A stretch of DNA of 52,637 bases from a virus (lineage: Duplodnaviria; Caudoviricetes): positions 1 through 52,637 of IMG/VR virus record IMGVR_UViG_3300043432_000046; one strand, 5' to 3'. The position numbers and the translations under genes were made by a program. Positions 43,115 through 52,373 of this stretch are shown here, piece by piece. The notes under the pieces are model-generated. The model was not told where the DNA came from, made no database searches, and saw nothing but the letters and a program-made list of their open reading frames with translations. Position 1 is the stretch's first letter. Every line of letters starts with the position of its first letter.

Positions 43115-44964
43115 TATGTCACCGGAGTTGTGATAGGCGGCTCACCAGGGCCGAGGGCACCACCGCCCGCAAGCATAGCCATCAAGCCTTGTAGAGCCGT
43201 TTGGTCCGCCGCACTCGCTGCGGCTGCGTCGATCTCGTCTTCAAACTTCACGATGAAAGCTGCGGGATCACGGACCTGATCGAAGGTCCGTACGCACCGC
43301 TCGATGGCTTCGCCTGCGGCGATGGCGATTTTCTTGGCGACAGCAGCAACTTCCTTTGGTGTCTGTGGGTTTGCCACGATGGTCGTGAGTTCAATGACCT
43401 TTTGGTAATACTGCGCGAGCAGGCCGACGAGGAACATGGCGTTCTGGCGTTCGACTTCACGGTTGACAGTTGCGCTGGAAGCAGTCATTTCGATCTTCAT
43501 GCCTTCGTCGAAATTGCGGTCTTTTAGGATGCTGATTATGTAGTCGGCATCGTCTTCCATTACGTCGCGAATGTGCTGCTCGGCTTTGATGTTCTGTGCG
43601 AGTAGTTGTTCCTGGTAACGGTACATCGCCTGGATAACAACGCTCGCGAGGCACAAGCGCACTTGGTCGAACGCAGGCGTGAAGCGACGGTTGACTTGTT
43701 GGAACAGCAATGTGGACGTGGTAGCGGGTGTGCGTGAGCCGAGTACCTGCGATGGACGCGGCATGGACATGTCGTTCTGGCCGGTGCGTCGTTCTGCGAG
43801 AGCCATGAGCATCGAGAGTGCTTGCGGGCCGGATTGGTATACGTCGGCCATTATGAGGGCTTCAACCGACTCTGAACTTTCAATCAGCTTGTTCGGATGA
43901 ACAATAAACGGCGTCTCAAGCTGACCTGGCGATGCACGCCACATGCGGCAGTTCGCGAGCAGCATGTTCGCCGCCCAGTACGAAAAGATGTCACTCGCGG
44001 CGTCTTCAAGCGAACAGATCATTTCGGGGATGCCGATACCGTTGAATTGATGACCGCGAATCTGATAGCACATTTTTTCGATGGGCCGGTGGTCGTATTT
44101 GCAGTAGTCGATCTTTAGGATGCTTTTAGAGCTACGGTCCCACACGATTTCCAAATCTTCGTTGATACCGTCTTTGTCGATGTCGTAGAGGGCGTTCAGA
44201 ACGATGATCTCGTACAGGTCGCCCAGGCGTTTGCCACTGGACGATGTACCCGCAAGGCGCTCACGTTCGGAGCGAATGTTGCTGATGTTGCCTGCAATGG
44301 CGACGTGTGCGATGTCCCAATCCTGCTGATCCTTTGCAAGTTCGAGTTCAGCTTTAGTGTACCAGAAGCGCAGGCCGATGAATTTAACGTCTTGGACCGA
44401 TGCGCCGGTGCCGCCCGGCGTGATTACATCCTCAGGCGGGATCGCGTAGCAACGCGGGCCTTCGCGAGTAGTTTCTGTAACGTCGGTTCTTTTGATTTCA
44501 ATAACCCAAGGAATGTACAAGCAACCAGTGCCAAGCAACACGTCGTCAAGAATCGCGTGGTCGGACTCGTTACGCAGATTCAGTTCATTCGTGGCAACAT
44601 ACTCGACCCAACGCTGGAAGGCTTTTTGGTACTGACTGTACTTGGCGTTCGTGGCGCGGACGGTGAGCAATGGTGAGATGTTCCAAATCAGGTCTACGAT
44701 CTGTGCGTAGATACTGTCGGTTCCAATGGCTCCAAGCGCAACAACGATGTTCGGTGCGTTCTCGATTGGTAGGTTACGTGTAGGGTTCTTCGGGACGGCG
44801 TTGTACTGCTTTAAGGCTCGTGACCAGCGATCTTCGATTGAACCGCGAGCCATGAGAGCGTCTTCGATTTCGATTGTGAGCCATGAGGACAACTCAGACA
44901 GACGATCAGCAGGCACAGTCTTCAAATCTGGAAACAATTCTGGTGTTCGAGTAAGTGTACGCAT
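43114..44964 (-). CDS. Portal protein
   Basis: 616 aa; D....GTG, DIDKDG..E, F.GIGI.E, ERRTG, TPATT, RRF; upstream of scaffold. Confidence 0.85.
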   Translation of the reverse strand: MRTLTRTPELFPDLKTVPADRLSELSSWLTIEIEDALMARGSIEDRWSRALKQYNAVPKNPTRNLPIENAPNIVVALGAIGTDSIYAQIVDLIWNISPLLTVRATNAKYSQYQKAFQRWVEYVATNELNLRNESDHAILDDVLLGTGCLYIPWVIEIKRTDVTETTREGPRCYAIPPEDVITPGGTGASVQDVKFIGLRFWYTKAELELAKDQQDWDIAHVAIAGNISNIRSERERLAGTSSSGKRLGDLYEIIVLNALYDIDKDGINEDLEIVWDRSSKSILKIDYCKYDHRPIEKMCYQIRGHQFNGIGIPEMICSLEDAASDIFSYWAANMLLANCRMWRASPGQLETPFIVHPNKLIESSESVEALIMADVYQSGPQALSMLMALAERRTGQNDMSMPRPSQVLGSRTPATTSTLLFQQVNRRFTPAFDQVRLCLASVVIQAMYRYQEQLLAQNIKAEQHIRDVMEDDADYIISILKDRNFDEGMKIEMTASSATVNREVERQNAMFLVGLLAQYYQKVIELTTIVANPQTPKEVAAVAKKIAIAAGEAIERCVRTFDQVRDPAAFIVKFEDEIDAAAASAADQTALQGLMAMLAGGGALGPGEPPITTPVT

Positions 44965-45413
44965 TAGTATCCTTCAACGATAGCTGTGAGCAACCGGCAG
45001 TTGACTTTAAGATCAATGTTGTTTGCAGAGAGTGCTGCCCACAGGACTGAATAAATGTGCGTGCCAGCAGGAGGCTGATCGAAGACGTGCAAGGACATCG
45101 GCAGTGCAATGCCTTCGTTACTGTTGACTGGAAACCATACTTGGGCGCGATCAAGTTGTGCGCCATCACGCATGAGAAAGATTGTTCCGCCAACCTCACG
45201 ACGGCCTTGCGTGCGATTGGACGTAACGAAGTCACCTTTGAAGCGGACTGTAACGAGGTTGCCAAGTGCAGGTACAGCAATAGTCATGTTGTCGATTGGG
45301 CTTATAACCTGAGAGCTAGTGCTATCCTGAGCACACGCGGCGACGGAAAACTTCTCGGCAGCGACAGTAGATTGAACGATGAACAGCAGCAGTAATGTTA
45401 GTATGTACTTCAT
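44964..45413 (-). CDS. Signal-peptide-bearing beta-sandwich protein
   Basis: MKYILTLLLLFIVQSTVAA; 2 Cys; P.AGTH.Y.V motif. Confidence 0.75.
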   Translation of the reverse strand: MKYILTLLLLFIVQSTVAAEKFSVAACAQDSTSSQVISPIDNMTIAVPALGNLVTVRFKGDFVTSNRTQGRREVGGTIFLMRDGAQLDRAQVWFPVNSNEGIALPMSLHVFDQPPAGTHIYSVLWAALSANNIDLKVNCRLLTAIVEGY

Positions 45414-46159
45414 GGTCCGCCTCGAAAGGCTCTGAGAGCAAAACCACTAGGACCGCCACTGCCAGGACGCACAGCGATTGTCGCACAGTTCCATTGGCGG
45501 CTTGTGTTTGTGAACACGCCTGGGTCTTCGCTCTCGACTGCGGATTCACGACGCAGAGTGCGCAACTTTGCGCCGTCTGTTGTGCTACCTGAATTATTTT
45601 CGACTGCGTTGGTGTAACTCGCAGGATCGGCGCTGAACACGGTGTCAGCATCGCTTACGCAGCCAATGATCCATAGAGTGTCTTCGATGTTCCAGTTTGT
45701 CGGATTCAACGAAGGCGGATTAGCCGCAGTATCAGCAGCACCACCACCTGTAAAACCTATCTGTGGAGGCGTCATTGGGTGATAGCCGGTGATGCGGTAC
45801 AGTTGGTGTGCAGACCTTTGGGCGTTCGCAGTTACAACGTCCTCAGTAGCTCCTTCGGTGCCATCAGCGATCTTGTAAAAGCCAGTGATGGTTGTTCCGG
45901 GTGTTCCGCCGACACCACTGAGCGCACCTGTCATATAGCTCCAACCTGTAGGCTTTGTGATCGCGCCAGGATCAAAGTCGAAACCCACAAGTAGAATTAA
46001 AAGTTCTCGCGCAATGACGCCACTTGAATCAACGTTATGCGTAGTTTCGTCGCCGGTTTCTGTTGACGAGTTTACAGCGACTACGTGCGGGAAGGACGCG
46101 AAGACGGGCGTGGGCAAAGCAAGTAGTACGAGCAACAGAAGTGAAACGAATCTATTCAC
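45410..46159 (-). CDS. Signal-peptide-bearing beta-sandwich accessory protein
   Basis: MNRFVSLLLLVLLALPTPVFA; PTGW, FYKIADGTE; resembles 3583..4338. Confidence 0.78.
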   Translation of the reverse strand: MNRFVSLLLLVLLALPTPVFASFPHVVAVNSSTETGDETTHNVDSSGVIARELLILLVGFDFDPGAITKPTGWSYMTGALSGVGGTPGTTITGFYKIADGTEGATEDVVTANAQRSAHQLYRITGYHPMTPPQIGFTGGGAADTAANPPSLNPTNWNIEDTLWIIGCVSDADTVFSADPASYTNAVENNSGSTTDGAKLRTLRRESAVESEDPGVFTNTSRQWNCATIAVRPGSGGPSGFALRAFRGGP

Positions 46160-47526
46160 ATTGATCTCCGTAGTGTAACTTCGATGCCGTCAACCAGCGC
46201 ATCGCCTGCCATGTTATCAACGCCGCCTGTGCTATCGGCGTCGCGGCCTACGCGGAAGTAGATCATCCTTGACGCGAGGCATTCGGCTGAAGCACCACCG
46301 GAAAGTGTCAAGCTGTTTATCGCAGACGTGTTCGGGCCGTTCGTTGTACCGTTGACGGTTGTGCTGGTACTGTACTGGATGGAGTTAAAAGTCGGCGCGA
46401 TCATCGACGTAGTTGGACCAACACAGGCGTTCTCGATGCGGAATGTCGCAGCGCCAGTTGTTGCTGCTGCGTGCCAGATGATTACTACGTCTATTCCGCG
46501 AGTCGCGTCGAAGTCGCTTGGTAGCCAGTGCGAGAACATGCAGGTTTCGTCAGTGGTCGCATCGTAGCCAAGCGAGGCTGTCATCATTGGTGACGAACCT
46601 TCGGCTGTTTCTGCGGGCGCGTTCGACGTGGGTAGGTTACAGATGGAACTCGCTGCACCAGCTTTGTTGCCTGCAAATGGGATGAAGAACTTAACGGGCA
46701 AACTACAAACGTTGCCCGTTGCTTCGCAGTCGATGGTTTTGTTCGTGAAGGTTTGCGTAGCTGCGAGCAAAGCGATGGTGTCTGACGTTACAGAAGGAAG
46801 CGTGTGCTGGCGTCCAGCAGTGGGACCGATCTTCGCTACGATAATTGGTGAAGTACCTTCAGTGAAGGTATTGACGCCAGTGAAGGTTTGGTTCGCTGCG
46901 AGGGCTGCGAATACTGCTGTCCAAGACGAACCGTTGTCGAGGTAATACTGGCCCGTTGTGACATCGTAGCCCTGGCGTCCAAAGCGACCTGCGGTGGGAA
47001 AGTCAGTCGATACGAGCGCGTAGTACATGTTCGGATGGCGCGTTCGCATGTCGGTGACGGCGGTGACACCACTACCGTCTGTGACGACTTTCATTAGCCA
47101 GATGGCACCAGATGGCAGTGCGGGTTCTGTCGCGCCGGTTGCGCAGTCTACGAGGTAGTGCGTGCCGCTTGAGCGAGTGAACGACGTAAGGTTGCCTGTG
47201 GTGACACTGTTCGCAATGACCCAACAGGTTACACTGCTGCCGTACGTTACTGAACCAGATTCAGTGAAGTAGAAACCGTTGGCGTAGCCGACTGTTGCTG
47301 TAGGCGTCTTCGTGAAACCTGCGCCAGTCGCGTGTGTGCCGCCGCTGACGACGTAGCCGTAGTCACGGTGAGCAGAACGGTTCGCGTCTTCGTTGTAGAG
47401 GAAGGTCTGAAGGTCTGATAAGAAGGTTGAGCTGGCAGACGGAATGGTGTTGATTGTCTGCGTGGATGCAGCAGACGCAATGGAAGCGAACAGGAGGAAT
47501 AGAAGTGTCAGCAGTTTTGTCTTCAT
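46156..47526 (-). CDS. Signal-peptide-bearing tail fibre-like protein
   Basis: MKTKLLTLLFLLFASIASA; NQTFTG.NTF, QTFTNKTI fibre motifs; C-domain LPSDFD resembles MPDSWD of the 1771 gene; 8 Cys. Confidence 0.8.
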   Translation of the reverse strand: MKTKLLTLLFLLFASIASAASTQTINTIPSASSTFLSDLQTFLYNEDANRSAHRDYGYVVSGGTHATGAGFTKTPTATVGYANGFYFTESGSVTYGSSVTCWVIANSVTTGNLTSFTRSSGTHYLVDCATGATEPALPSGAIWLMKVVTDGSGVTAVTDMRTRHPNMYYALVSTDFPTAGRFGRQGYDVTTGQYYLDNGSSWTAVFAALAANQTFTGVNTFTEGTSPIIVAKIGPTAGRQHTLPSVTSDTIALLAATQTFTNKTIDCEATGNVCSLPVKFFIPFAGNKAGAASSICNLPTSNAPAETAEGSSPMMTASLGYDATTDETCMFSHWLPSDFDATRGIDVVIIWHAAATTGAATFRIENACVGPTTSMIAPTFNSIQYSTSTTVNGTTNGPNTSAINSLTLSGGASAECLASRMIYFRVGRDADSTGGVDNMAGDALVDGIEVTLRRSM

Positions 47527-47527
47527 A

Positions 47528-47902
47528 CTAAGTTCCTGCGGCGATGCCTTCTACAAGCGCAGCAAGTGATGCGTGCGGATTGTTGATCTTGGCGTTCGTA
47601 GAAACGCCCGCGTTGATCGTAGCGTCCATGACTATGAGCATACCGCCCGCGTTCAGTTCGATGCCTGCGTCAGATTGAGCATCTAAGCGTAACGTAACGG
47701 CCCGATCAGCTTTGACGACGAGCAGTTGGATTGTACCGATTTGGTCGGTTGGCATCGCAGTGAACGTAGTCGCATCGTTGTCGGCGGCTTTTTCGTAGGC
47801 AAACTGTTGCGCCTCGTCTACTTCGATACGCTTGACGATGGACAACGCATCGACTGGAACGCCGTTACGCTTGACGTTGAGCGTTACTTCGTAGGAGTCC
47901 AT
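47528..47902 (-). CDS. Beta-rich structural hypothetical protein
   Basis: 124 aa. Confidence 0.7.
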   Translation of the reverse strand: MDSYEVTLNVKRNGVPVDALSIVKRIEVDEAQQFAYEKAADNDATTFTAMPTDQIGTIQLLVVKADRAVTLRLDAQSDAGIELNAGGMLIVMDATINAGVSTNAKINNPHASLAALVEGIAAGT

Positions 47903-48013
47903 TTACTTGTACATCCCTTTGTTGCCAGCGCCGGTTTTGCTTTGGCCTTTGATGTTGCGGTCGAGCCGCACAGGTGGATTGATCGGCTTAGGCAGTGCTT
48001 TCTTTGTTGCCAT
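47903..48013 (-). CDS. 36-aa basic peptide
   Basis: AGGAG RBS; MATKKALPKPINPP... Confidence 0.65.
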   Translation of the reverse strand: MATKKALPKPINPPVRLDRNIKGQSKTGAGNKGMYK

Positions 48014-48022
48014 GATAGTCTC

Positions 48023-48415
48023 CTATAACTTTAGAAAAGTATGAGCACCTATAACTGTTGTTACTTTACTCTCGTCGTACCAACTTGGCAAGGATGAAAG
48101 ACTGCCTTTTGCTAAATAATGCGTTGCACCGAAGGTCGGGTCTAAGTCAAACTCAAACACTGCTGCGATGCACAGCATCAAACACTCAAAAAACGTAGCA
48201 TCAGTTATTTGATCGACATTCATTAGTGTTGCTGAACCTGTAAGCCAAGCTGAAAATTGGTACTTTGCGAATGCTGTATCACTGAGACTTCGCTTATAGA
48301 GCTTTTGCCGAGTGTGTAGAACCCAAGCGACTCCGAGTTTTCCACGACGAGACTCACCACCTGCTTCCATTACAACAGTGAGAGCCATAAGAAAAAGTTG
48401 AATGAAAAGGTTCAT
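48023..48415 (-). CDS. SleB/Hydrolase_2 cell-wall hydrolase (endolysin)
   Basis: LT..MEA.GE...G...VA.V...R, YQFS, DPT.GATHY, IG.H.F. Confidence 0.88.
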   Translation of the reverse strand: MNLFIQLFLMALTVVMEAGGESRRGKLGVAWVLHTRQKLYKRSLSDTAFAKYQFSAWLTGSATLMNVDQITDATFFECLMLCIAAVFEFDLDPTFGATHYLAKGSLSSLPSWYDESKVTTVIGAHTFLKL

Positions 48416-48771
48416 GGCCTAAACTTCATCGCTGTCTTGCCGAACTGAACCATCAACTCAGCCGCCAAGCTACCACAATCTTTAATCGTTGAATCCTTGG
48501 CAGCTTGAGTCAGTCTGCTTGCTACTACGGCGCGGTAACTGAAGGCAATCAGTGCGCCTGAATCGTCGGCAAGGAGTGCTTCTAGTTTGCCCCAATTATC
48601 TGCGAGCGTTTGCGCACAGAGTTGATCGCTCGGCGTCCCGAATTGTTTTGCGTTAGCCACGAACGCGCCGAAGTCGTCTTTGACAACAGAGCATCCCCAG
48701 GTCGCGCTCAGGAGCACGGCAAGCGCAATCGCCGCCCATCCTACGGGGCTTAGAACGTATCTGAAGGTCAT
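48412..48771 (-). CDS. Lipoprotein, spanin candidate
   Basis: Hydrophobic leader with lipobox-like TWG-C; in lysis cluster; AAGGAG RBS. Confidence 0.6.
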   Translation of the reverse strand: MTFRYVLSPVGWAAIALAVLLSATWGCSVVKDDFGAFVANAKQFGTPSDQLCAQTLADNWGKLEALLADDSGALIAFSYRAVVASRLTQAAKDSTIKDCGSLAAELMVQFGKTAMKFRP

Positions 48772-48775
48772 GGCA

Positions 48776-48949
48776 TTACTCCTTTTTTCCATTTGGTTCT
48801 CTGCTATCAAACCAATATTTAATGACCAGCGTGGCCGTGGACACAAACACTTCAGCCGATACTAGTTTTTCCACAAAGCCGTAGAGAAAAACGGCGCAAA
48901 ACAAAAGCGTGATGATCGGCCTCACTGTACTCTTAAATTGATCTAGCAT
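48776..48949 (-). CDS. 57-aa holin candidate
   Basis: Hand translation MLDQFKSTVRPIITLLF...YWFDSR...; two hydrophobic segments. Confidence 0.7.
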   Translation of the reverse strand: MLDQFKSTVRPIITLLFCAVFLYGFVEKLVSAEVFVSTATLVIKYWFDSREPNGKKE

Positions 48950-48958
48950 AATTTTCCC

Positions 48959-49183
48959 CTATTCCACTCGATCCTTTGTTACAGCCCCCATAGCGTGTTC
49001 CTCCTTGAACCAGTCCCAAATCAGGTCAAGGTGTGAGTGAATCGTTTGGTGTGCCAACTTGTCTTCGGCTTCGATCTTATCCATCCTGCGCAGGACTTTG
49101 TAGTAGCCGCCAATCGCCAGGGCGATCACGCTGCCGAACGCGATTATGCTATCCAGGGTTATCGTTGGATCGAAATGTATCAT
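48959..49183 (-). CDS. Single-TM plus coiled-coil lysis-associated protein
   Basis: MIHFDPTITL..IIAF...; GGGAG RBS. Confidence 0.6.
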   Translation of the reverse strand: MIHFDPTITLDSIIAFGSVIALAIGGYYKVLRRMDKIEAEDKLAHQTIHSHLDLIWDWFKEEHAMGAVTKDRVE

Positions 49184-49187
49184 TGCA

Positions 49188-51449
49188 TCATCTCCCCCCG
49201 ATCCCAATCTTACCGCCGAAAGCAATCTTACCGCCGACCTCCATTGCCGGCGGTGCATCGGCTAAAATCTCGGCATCCGTCAGCCAGCGGTCATCGAAAA
49301 TAATATTCCAGGCTTTGCCGCCGAATTCGCTTCCCGCACAGCAAGTCCGCTTGCCTATCGTCACGCTTCCGCTCGAGCCGTCGATCATTACCGCGCCGGG
49401 CGTTGAGGTTGCTACAGTCCGCCCTTGCTTGCTCATCGTAAGCGTAGTGCCGTCGTACCGCACCGCAATTCGTGTCGCGACCGTCGCGCTCAATGGATAT
49501 GGATCGCAGACATTAAAAAATAACCCGGCATCACTCTTGAAGTAAAAGAACGTACTCCCCGGTCCGCAAGCCGTCTCATCGAATGCGGCAAGACCCCAAC
49601 TCAGGGTGTTCGAGTTGTTCGCTATAATAGTTTGAATCGCATCGAGAACTACGGTATCAGGCAACACGCTCAATCGCAGAGTGAAAGCGTTGGTCGCGTT
49701 GGCGAAACTTGCCGATGCCGCTACGGTTGCCGAGTGAGTCGAGTCATAGACGGGCGTGTTGACCCCGCGATATGCACTCCAACTCGTGCCAGCCGTGAGA
49801 GTGCCAGTATTAGCCTGTCCCGACGAATCGGCAAGGTTTGTCCCGCTACCCTCATCTGATTTTAGCCAGAGGACTTGCCCAGTGGGGGTAGAATAATTGG
49901 CCGTGATAGTACGGTCGCTCACGATACTGGCTATGTCACAACCCCTCGGGACAGTTCCTTGACTTGAGCAATCGCCGGTCCATGAAGTAAAGTCGTTACC
50001 TCCACAGGTAGCAGCAGCAACAGCCCGAATCGCGGTAGTTCCATCGTCGTAGGTGCAGGTGGCTATCGGAGTATTTGCCGAACAGTCACCGCCGTTGCCG
50101 TTAGGCGTGATGGTGATTGCGCAACCGCTCGCCGGGTTGACACTGTTGACTGCTAGGTTCCACGTTGCCGCCGCTGTGATTTTCTCATAGGCGCCGATGT
50201 CATATCCGGCACCTTGGGGACGTGCGACATTGGCAAAGTCGGTATTAAATGGAGCGCCCAGGGTAGCGCCGGCATTCAGGGCCGGTGATCCGGCCTGTAA
50301 ACTAAAATCAAACGCCGCCGCATCGGTGAATAATGGGTCGCTACCATTGATTGAGTTAGCTCCGGTGCAACCTGTTTTACACAGATTATAATTGAGGGTC
50401 GTTCCGGTCCCGCTATCGCTTATCGTACTGTTAACCGTAGTGGACCAGAGGATATTATTTTCGACTACCGCATTTGTTGAACTTGGACCGATGGAGACTG
50501 CCGAAGCACTACCATTATTGGAACAGATGTTCTCGACGATCTTTGCGTTGGTAGACAATCCTACCTGTAAGCAAATACTATTTCCGTTGTAAGTTTTGTT
50601 GTTGTAAACCTGGGCGTCCGCTGCTCCGACAATGACAATCCCCGCGCTCGTCTGACTCAGGCAATTTGCATTTCCCTTGCCATCATTCTTGATAGTATTG
50701 CGGCGAACGATTGCGTTGCTTGTCCTTCCCATAATGGCGCTGAAAACATGAATCGAGTAGGTACAAATCGTGTCAAAAGTATTATCTTCAACCGTCCAAT
50801 TTGGAGCGGAAATATAAAAACCATGATACTGATTTGAGGTCGTGGTGAGAATATTATGACAGTAAGAATTTCTAACGATGTTGCCGACATCGGTAGGACT
50901 TGCGGCTAATAAACAGTGCCCTACGCCGTCGAGACTTTTCCCGTCGAACTCAATATGATCTAGGATGATGCCGGTTCCGCTCACGTTGGAAAGACTTTGG
51001 TTTCCGCTTTGCTGTGAAGCGTCGATATAAAAATAAGCTACCGTGGTATAGTTCGGCAGTCCGGCAATCGCTCCATTACCAACAGCCGCCAATGTTGGCG
51101 TCATCTGCACGCCGCATAATGCAGCAGGGCAACCACTGATCGTAACACGAGCGCCCGAAGTGCCAGCCGCCCAGGGATTCAAAGCACTATCCACGCGATA
51201 AGCATTCGAGAAATAACTACAGGTTGCCGCACCCGAATGACAAACGTAATAGACGTTATCTCCTGCTGCTACCGCTGCCGCTGCCGTATTGAAGAGTTTA
51301 TAGCCGAGTGCGCTTCCAGTGCCGCACGCTTGCGTTGCCGGGTTGTAGTCTGCGCAATCACCCGTGATACCGTTATCGACAAAGCGGTTGGTCGCGTAAG
51401 CAAAGGACGCCAGTAACAAAAAGAGCAGAGTGAAAAATAGCCGTTTCAT
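49188..51449 (-). CDS. Signal-peptide-bearing multidomain protein: right-handed beta-helix, choice-of-anchor Q, repeat domain, LamG-like
   Basis: MKRLFFTLLFLLLASFAYA; beta-helix repeats; DPLF...DFSLQAGSPA.NAG...DIGAYE; F.SW.GDC; DEGSG...DSSG..N.GTL; about 24 Cys. Confidence 0.85.
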   Translation of the reverse strand: MKRLFFTLLFLLLASFAYATNRFVDNGITGDCADYNPATQACGTGSALGYKLFNTAAAAVAAGDNVYYVCHSGAATCSYFSNAYRVDSALNPWAAGTSGARVTISGCPAALCGVQMTPTLAAVGNGAIAGLPNYTTVAYFYIDASQQSGNQSLSNVSGTGIILDHIEFDGKSLDGVGHCLLAASPTDVGNIVRNSYCHNILTTTSNQYHGFYISAPNWTVEDNTFDTICTYSIHVFSAIMGRTSNAIVRRNTIKNDGKGNANCLSQTSAGIVIVGAADAQVYNNKTYNGNSICLQVGLSTNAKIVENICSNNGSASAVSIGPSSTNAVVENNILWSTTVNSTISDSGTGTTLNYNLCKTGCTGANSINGSDPLFTDAAAFDFSLQAGSPALNAGATLGAPFNTDFANVARPQGAGYDIGAYEKITAAATWNLAVNSVNPASGCAITITPNGNGGDCSANTPIATCTYDDGTTAIRAVAAATCGGNDFTSWTGDCSSQGTVPRGCDIASIVSDRTITANYSTPTGQVLWLKSDEGSGTNLADSSGQANTGTLTAGTSWSAYRGVNTPVYDSTHSATVAASASFANATNAFTLRLSVLPDTVVLDAIQTIIANNSNTLSWGLAAFDETACGPGSTFFYFKSDAGLFFNVCDPYPLSATVATRIAVRYDGTTLTMSKQGRTVATSTPGAVMIDGSSGSVTIGKRTCCAGSEFGGKAWNIIFDDRWLTDAEILADAPPAMEVGGKIAFGGKIGIGGR

Positions 51450-52372
51450 TGGAATATAATCGGTTGAACCGGCCTAGCGGTTACAACCAAGGCACGCATC
51501 GATACGGCAACAGCAGCAGCGTTTGTCGCCGCGCTCTCATCCACTCGCATATTGATTGAGGTTACGGCGCCATCTTCGGTGTAACCATATCCTACGGGCG
51601 CACTAGTGCCCGCCGACCTGTTTATCTCGTATCGCTCCACACTGACCGGACTTGTAGCATCCGCTGCTACGGTTATCGTGTCGGGATCGCTCTGTTGGAT
51701 CGTGCCGCACATTACACCCATTTCTCCTACAGCAGATGCCAAGCTGTCTATATCCAGATTTGTGCCACTCGCTTGATCGTGGTCAAGAGTTCCAGGCGTA
51801 TTGAACGTGCTTGTTTGTGCGACGCCCTTGAAACTCATCACGCCAGTGACGAGTTGATCCGTGTTCGCATTGCCTGTCACCGCGACTGTTTGTGCACCTG
51901 TGGCCGGCGCCAGTTTATACCACATCTCCGTTCTTATGGCTTGGACAGCGGTATGTGTTTGCGCGGCCAAAAATGTCGCCGCTGAACCACCATAGGTTAT
52001 GCTCGTAAGAGCCGCGACGTTCCCGGTTCCTTCCCACACACCCACGCAGATGATAACAATATTGCAATCCGCCGCCACAGTGGGGCCGGTAAAACTGTCC
52101 GAACTTGCGGCGGCTCCGTGAGTGCCGGCAGTGTCATAGACTATCGCCGCCCTTGACACGCTCGGCATCAAGGGTATAGAACCCAACACAGCAAGGAGAA
52201 CGAAAATGAAAAAGCTATGGCAACGCCTTTGTGCGTATCTCGAACGCCGGTATGACGAATGGTATGTTGACACCTGCTGTGAGGCTGGCGATATCCTCGG
52301 CGATGAGGGCGGCTCAATGCCGCCTAAAGAAGATCGGTTGCCCCAGCCGAAGAAAAAGTGAAGGCGGTTCAT
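51446..52372 (-). CDS. Beta-sandwich accessory protein with long N-terminal leader and signal-like h-region
   Basis: FFIFVLLAVLGS...SRA-AI; ITYGG, EMWY..APATG...V.V; resembles 3583 and 45410 genes. Confidence 0.75.
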   Translation of the reverse strand: MNRLHFFFGWGNRSSLGGIEPPSSPRISPASQQVSTYHSSYRRSRYAQRRCHSFFIFVLLAVLGSIPLMPSVSRAAIVYDTAGTHGAAASSDSFTGPTVAADCNIVIICVGVWEGTGNVAALTSITYGGSAATFLAAQTHTAVQAIRTEMWYKLAPATGAQTVAVTGNANTDQLVTGVMSFKGVAQTSTFNTPGTLDHDQASGTNLDIDSLASAVGEMGVMCGTIQQSDPDTITVAADATSPVSVERYEINRSAGTSAPVGYGYTEDGAVTSINMRVDESAATNAAAVAVSMRALVVTARPVQPIIFQ

Positions 52373-52373
52373 A

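Noticed and set aside
52215-52250. Tat twin-arginine signal
   Set aside because: RR pairs are present but do not fit S/T-R-R-x-F-L-K
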